Below are positions 51,935-64,000 of a stretch of 64,000 nt of DNA, piece after piece; position 1 is the stretch's first letter; every line of letters begins with the position of its first letter. Both the position numbers and the translations under genes were made by a program. The notes beneath the pieces were generated by a model, which saw only the letters and a list, made by a program, of their open reading frames with translations, searched no databases and was not told the origin of the DNA. The stretch comes from Eledone cirrhosa (taxonomy: Eukaryota): contig OZ024763.1 in the NCBI GenBank assembly GCA_964016885.1, positions 26,784,001 to 26,848,000 of the forward strand, in the 5' to 3' direction.

Positions 51935-52282
51935 CAAATAGTGTATATGTATATATGTGTGTGTATATGTGTATGTATATATTGTGGTGTAGCTGTGTGT
52001 TTATGTACGAATAAGTATATATATGCGTGTCTATAGATGTGCCATATATTGAAATATATTTTTATATGTGTGTGTATATAGATGTAAGCATTTAATAAGG
52101 TATAGCCCTCAGTATGTGTATAGATGTGTGTATATCGAAGTATAGTTGCATGTGTGTGTGTGTATATATATATATATATTTGTGTGTGTGTGTGTGTGTG
52201 TTGTAGTATAGCTGTATGTATGTGTGCCTGTGTGTATATATATATGTACGAATAGGTGTATATATGAGTGTTTATGGATGCT

Positions 52283-52370
52283 AAGCTCAAGCCGTTTTGA
52301 CGGCTAATTCTGGACAGAATTAGCCGTCGAAACGGCTTGAGCTCAGCCGTCGGGGTCCTACTCGTCCCTA
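52283..52370. repeat. Partial palindrome of the 8941 family
   Basis: agctcaagccgtttt.acggctaattctg|cagaattagccgtcgaaacggcttgagct. Confidence 0.8.
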
Positions 52371-52592
52371 TATATATATATATATATTATATTATATATA
52401 TATTATATTATATATATATTTATATATATATATATTATATATATATATATATTTTTATATATATTATATATATATATATATTATATATTATATATATATA
52501 TATATTTTTTTTTATATTATATATATATTGTCCCAAGACTCTAAAACCATCAACACCAAAAACACAGAGCTGGCATATCTAAGAACTGACTA

Positions 52593-52648
52593 ACTGCCTG
52601 ATGAGGTCATAGCCATTCAATGGCTATCATCAAAATATATATAGTAGT
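52593..52648 (+). ncRNA. Degenerate hammerhead (GAAA changed to AAAA)
   Basis: ACTGC-CTGATGA-ggtc-ATAGCCAT..ATGGCTAT-catc-AAAA-TATATA-TA^GTAGT. Confidence 0.55.
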
Positions 52649-52689
52649 AAATAAAGGATTATAAGTTCATGCAATTGACTTATGTTTCG

Positions 52690-52741
<52 letters not shown>

Positions 52742-52768
52742 TATTTATATATGTTCATATATATATTT

Positions 52769-52815
<47 letters not shown>

Positions 52816-53899
52816 TTTTCCAAAGAGAAACGGAAGGGAACCACGGTTTAATAAAGTACTCAATATGTTAGTAGAGAAGGTACATATATTTCTTTATAGA
52901 AACTGAGAAAAAATCAATCTGCATACGCAGAAGTAAATATTTGATAAAGGCGAAGCTCAAATATTACCTTTAGAAAACAGGTAGGCATAACAGTAGTCCG
53001 ATAAGACGTTCTCTTGAGATGAGCGAAATATATGCAAGGATAATTACGTCATTATGTGGAATGAGAAGAATACATTTTGGCCATGGAAAAAATAATCATA
53101 TATATATATATTTATTGAAATAACAGATTAAAGTTTAAGCAAAGAATCGCTGCTTTCATCCTTAACGGGATCTTTTGAAACTAAAAAAAAAAATCAATCT
53201 GTGAACGCAGAAGTAAATATATTTGATATATATTTATACTTATTGAGCCCTCTTTGGATTTTTAGTCTTCACATTCATTATTATTACTATATATATATAT
53301 GTGTGTGTATATATATATATATATTATATATATATATATTATACTTAATACCTAAGTAGAGTTTTAATGTTCAATATTATGAAGTCTAAAAAGTGAGTTT
53401 TGTTACTCTTGAGTTTCGCCTGTTTATCACAGGGGCAGGGTCACCAGACAAGAACACACACATATACATACATACATAATACACACACACACACATATAA
53501 TATATATATATATATATATATAGATTGGTGTGCTCATGCGCAGAGATGGTATAAAAATAGGGTGAAAACCTTTAAAGGTCGCTATGAGGAATCGAAGCCC
53601 ATATCTCTCAGATACCATTAAGCCAAGATACTGTGACAACACTTATTGTCTTAAATTAGAAAGATGAATGACAGCTTTTACACATGTCATACATCTTGTA
53701 TACGAAGCTGTTCTGCCATCATATCTAAGTACTTTCTTTTATTATTATTTTTTCTATTTATTTTATTTTATTTTATTTGGAAAATAATTGTATAGATGAT
53801 TCGATCCTAACTTATCTATTTTTTTCTGTTTTTATTCAAAGCATACATTCTTTTCTGTTTTTTTTTTTAAATTATAAAAACTAGATGGTTTAAAAAAAC

Positions 53900-54660
53900 A
53901 TGGTTTAAAAAAAACATACGTTCCTTTTCTCTTTTTTAAACTCCACGTTTTTTTTGTTGTTTTAAAACTACACGTTCGTTTTCTGTTTTTTAAAACCATA
54001 CGTTCCCTTTTCTGTATTTTAAACTCCACGTCCCTTTTCTGTTGTTTTAAAATTCTTCGTTCCTTTTCTGTTTTTTTTTTTACTCAACATCCCTTGTTTT
54101 GTTTAAAAAACTACATATTCGTTTTCTGTTTTTTGTTGTTTCTCTTTATTATTAAAAAAACATTCTTTATCTACGTTCTTTCTGCTGTTTTTCTTCCAAC
54201 TCCGTTCGTTTTCTGTTTTTCTCCGAAAGTACACATTCTGTTCTTTTTTCTTTTTAAATCGCAGGTTGATTTGCTGTTTTTCAATCCAACGTTCCTTTTC
54301 TGTTTTTCAATCCCATGTTCCTTTTCCGTTTTTCAATCCAACGTTCCTTTTCTGTTTTTCAACCCCACCTTCCTTTTCCTTTTTTCAAACCCTCGTTCCT
54401 TTTCTGTTTTTCAACCCCTCGTTCCTTTTCTGTTTTTCAACCCCACGTTCCTTTTCTGTTTTTCAATTCAACGTTCATTTTCCGTTTTTCAATTCCACGT
54501 TCCTTTTCTGTTTTCGTTTTTTTTTTCGAAACTACACAAACATTCTCTGTTGTTTTTTTTCTTCTGCAAAATATGTTTTTCTGGTTTTTAACTACGTGTT
54601 GGTTTTCTGTTTTTTTCTTCTTTTCTGTTAAACTACATTCTTTATCTGTTCCTTTCAAGA
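53900..54660. repeat. Degenerate ~25-bp tandem repeat (ttttcaatccaacgttccttttctg)
   Basis: Clear units at 54275-54510. Confidence 0.8.
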
Positions 54661-55170
54661 TATATATGTTCTTTATCTGCTGGCTTGCTGAGTTACATTA
54701 ATGGTCTATTCAGAGCCAGCGTTGCTTTATACGTTTTCCATTATACATCCTATATTATACACACAATACACTATATACAATAGTCTTGTATATAATTTTC
54801 ATTACGTCTTCGTCTGCTTTTGTGCGTAGCAAGCTGTATTCTCTCTCTCTCTGGCTCTCATTCTCTCTTTCTATCTCTCTCCCTCTCTCTTTCTCTCCGG
54901 CTCTCATCCCCTCTCTCTATCTCTCCCCCTCCCTCTTTCTCTCTCCTCACTCCTTTCTCTCTTTCTCTTCTTTTTCTCCTCCCTCTCTCTGTCTTTGTAT
55001 GTCCGTCTGTCCGTCTTTCTCTCTGTCTTTCCTCCTTATTTCTCTCTTTCAATATGTCTGTCTCTCTCTCTCTACCCATCTCTCTCCGTCTATTCCCTTC
55101 TCTCTATTTACCTCTCTCTCTATTTTCCTCTCCCTCTCTCTTTCTATCTGTTTGTCCGTCTATCTACTTA

Positions 55171-55247
<77 letters not shown>

Positions 55248-55743
55248 TTGTAGATGTCTTTCAGTTTCTTTCCCTCGCTCTCCTCTCTCTGTCTCCCTTT
55301 CTCTGTCACCCATCCTCTCTCTTTATATATGTCTATCTATTTACACGTCCCTCTATCTCTCTGTCTGTCTCTCCTTTCTCTCTGTCTCCCCGGCCACCCT
55401 CTCTCCTCTCCCCTTCGCACTCTCCCCTTCCCTCACCCCCCTCTCCATCTATCTCCCCATCAACCCCTCCCCACTCTATATATCCCATACCATTCCACAA
55501 CCATTGGTAAACATCAAAGACTCTTTACCATTCCTTGTGCGGGCAAATCAACGGCGTTTGTTGCAGTGTTGCTCTCTCTCTCTCTCCCCTCCCCCCCTCT
55601 CTCTCTCTTCCCATCTCTCTCTCTCTCTTCCATCTCTCTCCCCCCCTCTCTCTTCCCATCTCTCTCTCTCTCTTTCCATCTCTCTCTCTCTCTTCCCATC
55701 TCTCTCTCTCTCTTCCCATCTCTCTCTCTCTCTCTCTCTTCCA

Positions 55744-55817
<74 letters not shown>

Positions 55818-56299
55818 GGTATATATATATATGTACTATTATATATATGTTCTATTGTATGTATGAGTGTATGTGTGTGTGTACGTATGTATCTATATAT
55901 GTATGTATTTATGTGTGTGTGTATATATCTATGTTTGTGGCTAGATAGATAGATGAATTAAAAAAAGAGGAGCATGATACATGAAAAAAGAAATACACAC
56001 ACACGCACATATATATACATACAAGATATACATACACACACATATATATATACCCACAAGATATACATGCACACACACATATATATATTCACAAGATGCA
56101 CACACACACACACATATATACATACATATATATACATATATACATATATACATATATACATATATACACACATATACACACATATACACAAGATAGACAT
56201 ACACACAGATACAAGATATACACACACACACACTCACCCACACACACATATATATATATTTACAAGATATACACACACTCTCACACACACATATGTATG

Positions 56300-56383
<84 letters not shown>

Positions 56384-57056
56384 TGAGCAACGAAATAGCT
56401 TGAAAGAGTAATAATATGAAGTGGATTGGTTGGGAAATAGTAATGGATGTGTGTGTGTGTGTGGATGGATGTGTGTGGTTGTGTGTGTGTGTGGTTATGT
56501 GTGTGTGGCTGGAAGTGTGTGTGTGTGTGTGTGTGGATGTGTGTGGATGGATGGATGTGTGTGTGGATGGAAGTATGTGTGTGTGTGTGTGTGTGGATGG
56601 ATCGATGGAAGTGTGTGTGTGTGTGGCTCTATGTGTGTGTGTGGATGGATCGATGGAAGTGTGTGTGTGTGTGGCTTGTGGCTCTATGTGTGTGTGTGTG
56701 GCTGTGTGGATGGATGGAAGTCTGTGTGTGTGTGACTGTATGTGTGTGTGTGGCTGGCTGGCTGGATGGAAGTGTGTGTGTGTGTGGCTGGCTGGATGGA
56801 AGTGTGTGTGCGTGGATGTGTAGCTGTGGTCGTATATATGTGTGTATGATAGGATGTGTGTGATGATGTGTGTGTGTGTGTGGTTGTGGTTGTGTATCTG
56901 TGTGCCTGTCACTATGTGTATATGTATGCGTATGCTGGAGACAAAGGTGACATTGCAACATACACACACACACACATACACACAACATACACACATACAC
57001 ACACATACGCACACACCCAAACATATATGTATATATATATATATATTCATCACACA

Positions 57057-57110
<54 letters not shown>

Positions 57111-57124
57111 CACAGACACACACA

Positions 57125-57186
<62 letters not shown>

Positions 57187-57364
57187 CACAGACACACACA
57201 TGCATATATATATATATATATATATATAGTGAGAATGAGGGAGAGAGAGTAGAAAGAAAGAAAGAAAGAAAGAAAGAATATTAACGTACTGAAGTAAAGA
57301 ATTGATTAGATGAAAAGAAATAAGAAGGAGAATAAGTGGGTCGAGAGAGAGAGAGAGAGAGAGA

Positions 57365-57412
<48 letters not shown>

Positions 57413-57527
57413 GAGAGAGAGATTTTCTGGAACGAAAGGGGCAGAGAGCGAGAGAAAGAGAGAGAGAGGAGGGGGGAGGAAGAGAAAGAGAGAGATTTTC
57501 TGGAATGAAAGGAGCAGAGAGCGAGAG

Positions 57528-57601
<74 letters not shown>

Positions 57602-57723
57602 TGGGGGGAGAAAGAGAGAGGGAATAGAGAAAGAGTGAGGGTAGAGAGAAAGAGAGAGATTTTCTGGAATGGAAGGAGCAGAGAGCGAGAGAAAGAGAGA
57701 GAGAGAAAGAGAGAGAGAGAAAG

Positions 57724-57786
<63 letters not shown>

Positions 57787-58103
57787 AATCGATGAACGAT
57801 GAATGAGATAGCTGATACGCCAAAACACTCACAACTGAATGTGTTCTATCGATCTGTTGCTAGCTGACGTCTACATTGTTCGATTTTTGGCTTTCAACAA
57901 ATGGCGACAGCAATTGCAGCCGACACTCGAAGCTTGCTAGCTGTGTGTGTGTAATGTGTAATGTGTAATGTGTGTAGTGTGTGTACTGTGTACTGTGTGC
58001 GTGTGTGTGTAGTGGTGGATTCTGGGTAATAGGTCTGCCTGCTTTTAAATCGTTACACTCACTCACTCGTAGATATGTATATGTATGTGTGTATATATAC
58101 ACC

Positions 58104-58144
<41 letters not shown>

Positions 58145-58186
58145 ATATATAGATATATACATCTATATATATATATACATATATAT

Positions 58187-58303
58187 ATAAGTTGAAATAA
58201 AATGAAAACGAAATTTCATTTCTCACTCTTAGTACGGCACTTACTTAAATGTAAGTATGTGTGTATACGTACATACATATATGTATACAGACGTACAGTA
58301 GCA

Positions 58304-58349
<46 letters not shown>

Positions 58350-58785
58350 TACATACAGGTACACATACATATATGCACGTATCAGTTTAGCGGACGCTTA
58401 TTATAACGCCGCTTTGTTCGTTTGTAAACAAACTGAACAGCCTGAATTTTATGCCGTACGGTGTTAAGGCAACCACGTCACCTTTTTGTTCAACACTGAC
58501 ACAGGAACGATGTACTAGTTTCAAGCTTGTTAGCTATCATCAGCACCGTATACCCTTCTGCCAGATAGTTGAACGTTCGAAAGTATATACTTTCCTTATG
58601 AAAATTAACGGCTGAGCAGCCTAATTTGCATATCGAGTGAGTATAGTCGGTCAGGCATACCGAAAACGATAAGTTGAAATAAAATGAAAACGAAATTTCA
58701 TTTCTCACTCTTAGTACGGCACTTACTTAAATGTAAGTATGTGTGTATACGTACATACATATATGTATACAGACGTACAGTAGCA

Positions 58786-58871
<86 letters not shown>

Positions 58872-59115
58872 TACATACAGGTACACATACATATATGCAC
58901 GTATCAGTTTAGCGGACGCTTATTATAACGCCGCTTTGTTCGTTTGTAAACAAACTGAACAGCCTGAATTTTATCCCCTACGGTGTTCCTGTGTCAGTGT
59001 TGAACAAAAAGGTGACGTGGTTGCCTTAACACCGTACGGCATAAAATTCAGGCTGTTCAGTTTGTTTACAAACGAACAAAGCGGCGTTATAATAAGCGTC
59101 CGCTAAACTGATACG
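58187..59115 (-). mobile_element. Non-coding hammerhead-containing retroelement (retrozyme-like or non-autonomous PLE) with partial tandem and inverted copies
   Basis: 58187-58466 is repeated at 58669-58987 (period ~480). 58985-59115 is the reverse complement of 58377-58508. The hammerhead lies between the direct repeats. Confidence 0.78.
58508..58548 (-). ncRNA. Minimal type I hammerhead with canonical core
   Basis: Reverse complement: CGGTG-CTGATGA-t-AGCT(aaca)AGCT-t-GAAA-C-TA-GTA^CATCG, with palindromic stem III ACTAGT. Confidence 0.82.
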
Positions 59116-59153
59116 TATACACACATACTTACATATATATATATATATACATC

Positions 59154-59300
<147 letters not shown>

Positions 59301-59482
59301 TATATATATATGCATTTATATATGCATATATATATGTATATATATATATATATATATATACATATATATAAATGTATATATAGATTTATATATATATATG
59401 TATATTTTCCTGTTATTTTAATGTTTTTCCACCACTCACACCCTCACACCTTCTCGGAACTCCTCTCCTTCCCACCATTCTC

Positions 59483-59510
59483 CTGATGAAGGGCTTATGC
59501 CCGAAACGTC
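59483..59510 (+). ncRNA. Hammerhead core; stem I not evident
   Basis: CTGATGA-a-GGGC(ttat)GCCC-GAAA-CG-TC. Confidence 0.6.
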
Positions 59511-59584
59511 CCCCCCTCACTCTCAAGCGTGGACCTAATACCTAACACCTTTCATAACTGTACTCCTTGTTGTTATTTACTTTT

Positions 59585-59622
<38 letters not shown>

Positions 59623-59642
59623 ATCTGAGTTTTTCGAATATT

Positions 59643-59800
59643 AATAATTGTTTCTACTTTTGGCACAAGGCCAGCAATTATAGCAGTGCATTACTGGTAC
59701 TTAATTTTATCGACCCCCGTAAGGATGAAAGGCAAAGTTAACCTCGGCGGGATTTGAACTCAGTCCGTAAAGAGCCGTAACTCTTTGCTGCAAAGCATGG
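59643..59800 (-). mobile_element. Meta-type SINE (partial)
   Basis: Reverse complement of the SINE consensus. Confidence 0.85.
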
Positions 59801-60524
59801 AATATTAATAATATTCGATTCGTTTGCAATTATGCAAACAGCCTCTTTTATAAGCCATGTCAGTAGAATGAGCCCCTCATTCTTGCTTGTGTGCAAACAG
59901 AACTGCAGGCACTAATGTTTCTAGTTGTTATATATATATATATATATGTAAGTATGTATGTATGTATAGATATATAAAATCCCAACCGCAGGGTGAAGCG
60001 GTTTCGGTTTGTGTGTTCATTTAGCAGATCGTGATGCAATATTCAAAAGCCGTGAATACGTATCTTCCATCATAGATGTGGTATTTCGTAGTTGGTACAG
60101 GAACGGAGTAAAATAATTCAATGAAAATAAAAGAAGGTCAGATTCAAATATCTTCCTTTAATGTTACACAATTACATAATACACATTTCTGTGGCCTGCT
60201 TATGTCATCAAATCAAACAGAGATTGTCGCTGTAGGGATGTCATCGCTAGCACGGCCGGCACCGTATCAATTCTTTATCTAGATTTTGCTGTAACACAGT
60301 AGGAGTTACTAGACTAAAAAATGTTATGTTCATTCGTCTGATGACGCCGCCGCTTGTATTGCGTCATTGTCTAATGATGTAAACCAGCCACAGAAATATG
60401 TATTATGTACTTGTGAAACATTACAGGAATATACTGGAATCCGGCATTCTTGTTTTTCATTGATATATATATATATAAGAATATATATAAACCAAATGAA
60501 AAAGATATATGTATATATATAGAG

Positions 60525-60601
<77 letters not shown>

Positions 60602-60730
60602 CATATATCGTATAAGAAACAGTATATTGTGTATATACAATTATGGCTCTAGATAATGTCTTTTGAGCTTATTGAAAAACACAAAATTCTAACATACTTG
60701 ATGTTTTGATTCATTAATTGTATATATGTA

Positions 60731-60766
<36 letters not shown>

Positions 60767-60893
60767 GTATGGTTGGTGATGGTTAAGAAGGGCGCAGTAA
60801 TGTGCTTAAATATGTATTCCTGGTTCAATCGGGGGTAACCACAGTAACTAGTAACTAGTTTAATATTGGTTTCATCCTGATAATATATATATA

Positions 60894-60979
<86 letters not shown>

Positions 60980-61524
60980 ATACTTGGGGAGGGTCATATT
61001 TGCGTAATATTGCCAGAATTAATAACAGAACACACTCACTGTTTGGTTGGTTTTCGCTTCTCGCTGTCTTTTATATCTGCGATCTAACTTACTCGGTCCT
61101 CAATGTTGCCATTGACTGACCGACGGTCAAAAATAATACAGATACAATATAGACACAAACACATATATATAGTTTACATAATTTACATAAATCTTTCGTT
61201 GCACATCTGCAACATCGTCAGTGGTGTTATATTCTTTGTTCCTCCTGTTGTGTTGTATGTCTACGCCATTTTTTATTCAGTCTGTCTCTCTCTCTATCTA
61301 TCTACTAATCTATCTGGGATGGACACACGCGTATAACTTGCTGAGTAAGTTCTGTTTAAATTTCTATAGAAATTCTTGTCTGATAACTTTAATTTTTGTA
61401 CCATTTTGTAGAGGGACTGCCAGGTCAAACTTTGATCTGGTCAGTCTCTCAAAATATTCTACGCCTTTAGGCGAAATAGTTAAAAAAAAAGTTTTTTCTT
61501 GTTGAAAAGTCAATATTTTTTTAA

Positions 61525-63312
61525 ATGGCCGAAGCTTCTTCACCAAAATTCGAAGGAGGAAAGGGGAAGATGAACTTACAGCTTCCCCCTGCCACTGTCA
61601 CAGTAGCAGAGGTCAAGAAGATAGGTCAGCCAGAGGAAGAATTCTCTCCACCTGTTAACCGACAACTTGACGTTACCATGGCAACAACCCAAAGAACCAA
61701 CAGCAACAACAACAACAATGCGACGGTAGAAAACAACACCAATAACAATAACAATAACAATAACAACAACAAGACCAATAACGGTGACAACAACAACAAT
61801 GATAACAACAACACCACCAACGACAACAACAACACAAACAAACAAAATTTCTCCTTCGCCGAGACGACAAGGAAAACCCTCGACTATCTGCCAGTAGATA
61901 TAACAAAAGCGAAGGAGCTACTGGCGGATGCGAAAAAATATATAGTGTACGGGGAAAATGGTTCATTCACAATCCATTCCCCCCCGGAACTAAAAAGCCA
62001 GAGACTCCTAAACACGGTCATGTTTAGGACAATCTCGAACAAAAGTAAAAAACCAGCTCAACCATCACAGAGCGAGATAGAGCTGGTTTTAAAAGACGTC
62101 ATGAAGGACATCACCTTCATTCAGAAGGATAGACTCTACGGGAGTCTATCCATTCTCATGAAGGACAGGGACACAGCAGTGAAACTGTCCATCAAACCAA
62201 TCACATCCACCGCATACACCTTCTACCCTACGTACATGGGTAGAAGAACACAAAAAATAAAAATCCACACCATCCTGCCGATTATGGACATATGGTGGGT
62301 TTTGACAGGTTTTCTGGACCTGGAGGATGACATGCTGGTGTCCATGGGAAAGGCATCGGGTGACGCGTTCAGTGGAACGAGCCTCGAACTTGTAGTTCAA
62401 ATGAGGCCCGAAAGGATCGCCCAGATCCCTGAACGCGTCATACTGGATGATCTAACCTTCATCAACATTACCGTTGAGGGTAGACGGCCCTCGTGTTACC
62501 TCTGCGGAACCAGAGGTCACCTGAGGGCTGTCTGTCCCCAACTTAATAAGAAAACCCCAATCCTGCCTACACCACCAACAACTGCACAACCAACACAATC
62601 ACCACAACAACCACTACAAAAACAACCACCACAGCTCAAACCAAAACAAAACAATGTCCAACCCATCCCCTCCACTCAAAAAACAAAAACAATTTCCAAA
62701 ACACCCGTACCGCAAACACAACCCGAAAATATACCCCTCCCCTCCAACGCGGAAGATGACCCTAGTTCGTCGTCAGACGAGGAGGAGCACTTCCACACAA
62801 TCAAAAGAAAAAAAAGAAAACACACCTCAGACACACAAATGAAAAAAACCCCTCCCCAAAACATAACACTGACACCAACACAAAAGAGCTCACAACAGCA
62901 AACAAAAAACACCACACAAAAACAAAAACATGCATACACATACATAAATACAAGAAACAAAAAACTGTTAAACATTGTGTACAACAACAATCTAATAAAA
63001 ACACAAGGGCCTAACTTCACCCAGGCAGGGGATTTCCCCCACCTCAAAATGATTAAGGCCCCACAGGACACCTATAAAACTTTAAAAAACAATTTTAAAG
63101 AGGACGTGGGTCCCCCCTGCGTCGGGCCCATTAACCGAGTCCTCCTAAAAAACTATCCCACCCCCTCCCCAAACACCCTCACAACTCCAAGCTCCCCAAC
63201 CACACAACACACTGATGCCCCCACACTTCCACAAACCACCACCCCACCCAACAACCCATCCCCCACCCTAATGGAAATTGTGCAGCCCGATACCCGGGAC
63301 GCAGAGAGGTAA
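61525..63312 (+). CDS. ORF1 (gag-like, zinc knuckle) of an L1/Tx1-type LINE
   Basis: 595-aa open frame with the CCHC knuckle CYLCGTRGHLRAVC, SFAE and KRKKRK motifs, directly upstream of the APE ORF. Confidence 0.88.
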   Translation: MAEASSPKFEGGKGKMNLQLPPATVTVAEVKKIGQPEEEFSPPVNRQLDVTMATTQRTNSNNNNNATVENNTNNNNNNNNNNKTNNGDNNNNDNNNTTNDNNNTNKQNFSFAETTRKTLDYLPVDITKAKELLADAKKYIVYGENGSFTIHSPPELKSQRLLNTVMFRTISNKSKKPAQPSQSEIELVLKDVMKDITFIQKDRLYGSLSILMKDRDTAVKLSIKPITSTAYTFYPTYMGRRTQKIKIHTILPIMDIWWVLTGFLDLEDDMLVSMGKASGDAFSGTSLELVVQMRPERIAQIPERVILDDLTFINITVEGRRPSCYLCGTRGHLRAVCPQLNKKTPILPTPPTTAQPTQSPQQPLQKQPPQLKPKQNNVQPIPSTQKTKTISKTPVPQTQPENIPLPSNAEDDPSSSSDEEEHFHTIKRKKRKHTSDTQMKKTPPQNITLTPTQKSSQQQTKNTTQKQKHAYTYINTRNKKLLNIVYNNNLIKTQGPNFTQAGDFPHLKMIKAPQDTYKTLKNNFKEDVGPPCVGPINRVLLKNYPTPSPNTLTTPSSPTTQHTDAPTLPQTTTPPNNPSPTLMEIVQPDTRDAER

Positions 63313-63336
63313 GTGCCTTTTCTCTTCACCACCAAC

Positions 63337-64000
63337 ATGGCTATGCTAAGAGTAGGCTGTTTAAATGCGCGTGGCCTGGGCTCAACTTGGAAGCAAGCAA
63401 TGCTTCTAAATGACCTCAGGTCACAACGTATAGATGTGATGGTTATTTGCGAGGCCCGGATCAGCAACGTGCGACAGCTGGCCCCCACCTTTGATGACTT
63501 TGAGATGCACGCATCTCTCTGTCAGCCTGGAGGTGGGGGTGGAGTTGTCGTTCTGCTGCAAAAACATCTGGGTCTCGCAACACAGATGGTACATTTGGAC
63601 CCGGAGGGTCGACTAGTGGTTCTGGACCTTGGCAGTGGTAAAGGCGGAGCGTTTAGGTTGGTAGCCGCCTACGGCCCTTTCGGGTCAATGCGGCCGGACT
63701 TCTTCCATCGTCTGGAGACTTTTCTAGGGACGTCCCGCTCCTTGCTATTAGTGGGGGACTGGAATGGTATCCTAGATGCACGTTGGGACTACGTAGGGGC
63801 CTGCCCCGATAGAGAGGGGTGTAATAGCCTCAAAGGGTTAATCGGTCGATTTGACCTGGCCGATAGATATCGACTAGATTTTCCGACTGCGCCAACCTGG
63901 ACTTGGGCAAATCGTAGCGGATCATCTAGGTCGTACCTAGATAGGTTCTTAGTTAGAATTAAGGATAAGGACTTTTTAAGTTGTCCAAAAATGCGCATTG
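63337..64000 (+). CDS. ORF2 N-terminal APE endonuclease of an L1/Tx1-type LINE (runs off the window)
   Basis: Encodes MAMLRVGCLNARGL...VICE...GVVVL...EGRLVVLD...LVAAYGP...LVGDWN...TWTW...SYLDRFLV, with no stop to the window end. Confidence 0.92.
   Translation, partial: MAMLRVGCLNARGLGSTWKQAMLLNDLRSQRIDVMVICEARISNVRQLAPTFDDFEMHASLCQPGGGGGVVVLLQKHLGLATQMVHLDPEGRLVVLDLGSGKGGAFRLVAAYGPFGSMRPDFFHRLETFLGTSRSLLLVGDWNGILDARWDYVGACPDREGCNSLKGLIGRFDLADRYRLDFPTAPTWTWANRSGSSRSYLDRFLVRIKDKDFLSCPKMRI

Noticed and set aside
60974-61145. 5' UTR of the Tx1 element starting at the (TA)n tract
   Set aside because: This segment matches a separate repeat at 8705-8900, so microsatellite targeting of the LINE is not supported.

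Overview
This is eukaryotic, microsatellite-saturated genomic DNA ((AT)n, (GT)n, (AG)n, (GGT)n, (TATG)n). The tRNA-derived Meta-type SINEs and repeat content suggest an octopod cephalopod (inference). Almost all listed ORFs are translations of microsatellites. Supported coding sequence: two + strand exons of an Atu3266/EF0837-like amidohydrolase (33933-34049, 35681-35831); an 875-aa Ser/Thr-rich ORF on the - strand (22163-24790); a 5'-truncated Penelope-like element (PLE) with a C-terminal GIY-YIG domain and a ~620-bp inverted repeat (3107-6640); RTE-type LINE fragments; and an apparently intact L1/Tx1-type LINE (ORF1 61525-63312, ORF2 from 63337, running off the window). The most striking unannotated signal is RNA structure. 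About a dozen minimal type I hammerhead ribozyme (HHR) motifs, intact or degenerate, from several unrelated short non-coding repeat families lie mostly inside (AT)n tracts and often come with fold-back inverted duplications. In one case the inversion starts 5 nt after the predicted cleavage site. In another family the palindrome axis is the putative stem II loop, and copy-specific variants are mirrored in both arms. A deleted RTE derivative with an HDV-like ribozyme candidate and a set of RFX X-box motifs are also present. Repeat boundaries were read by eye and are approximate.
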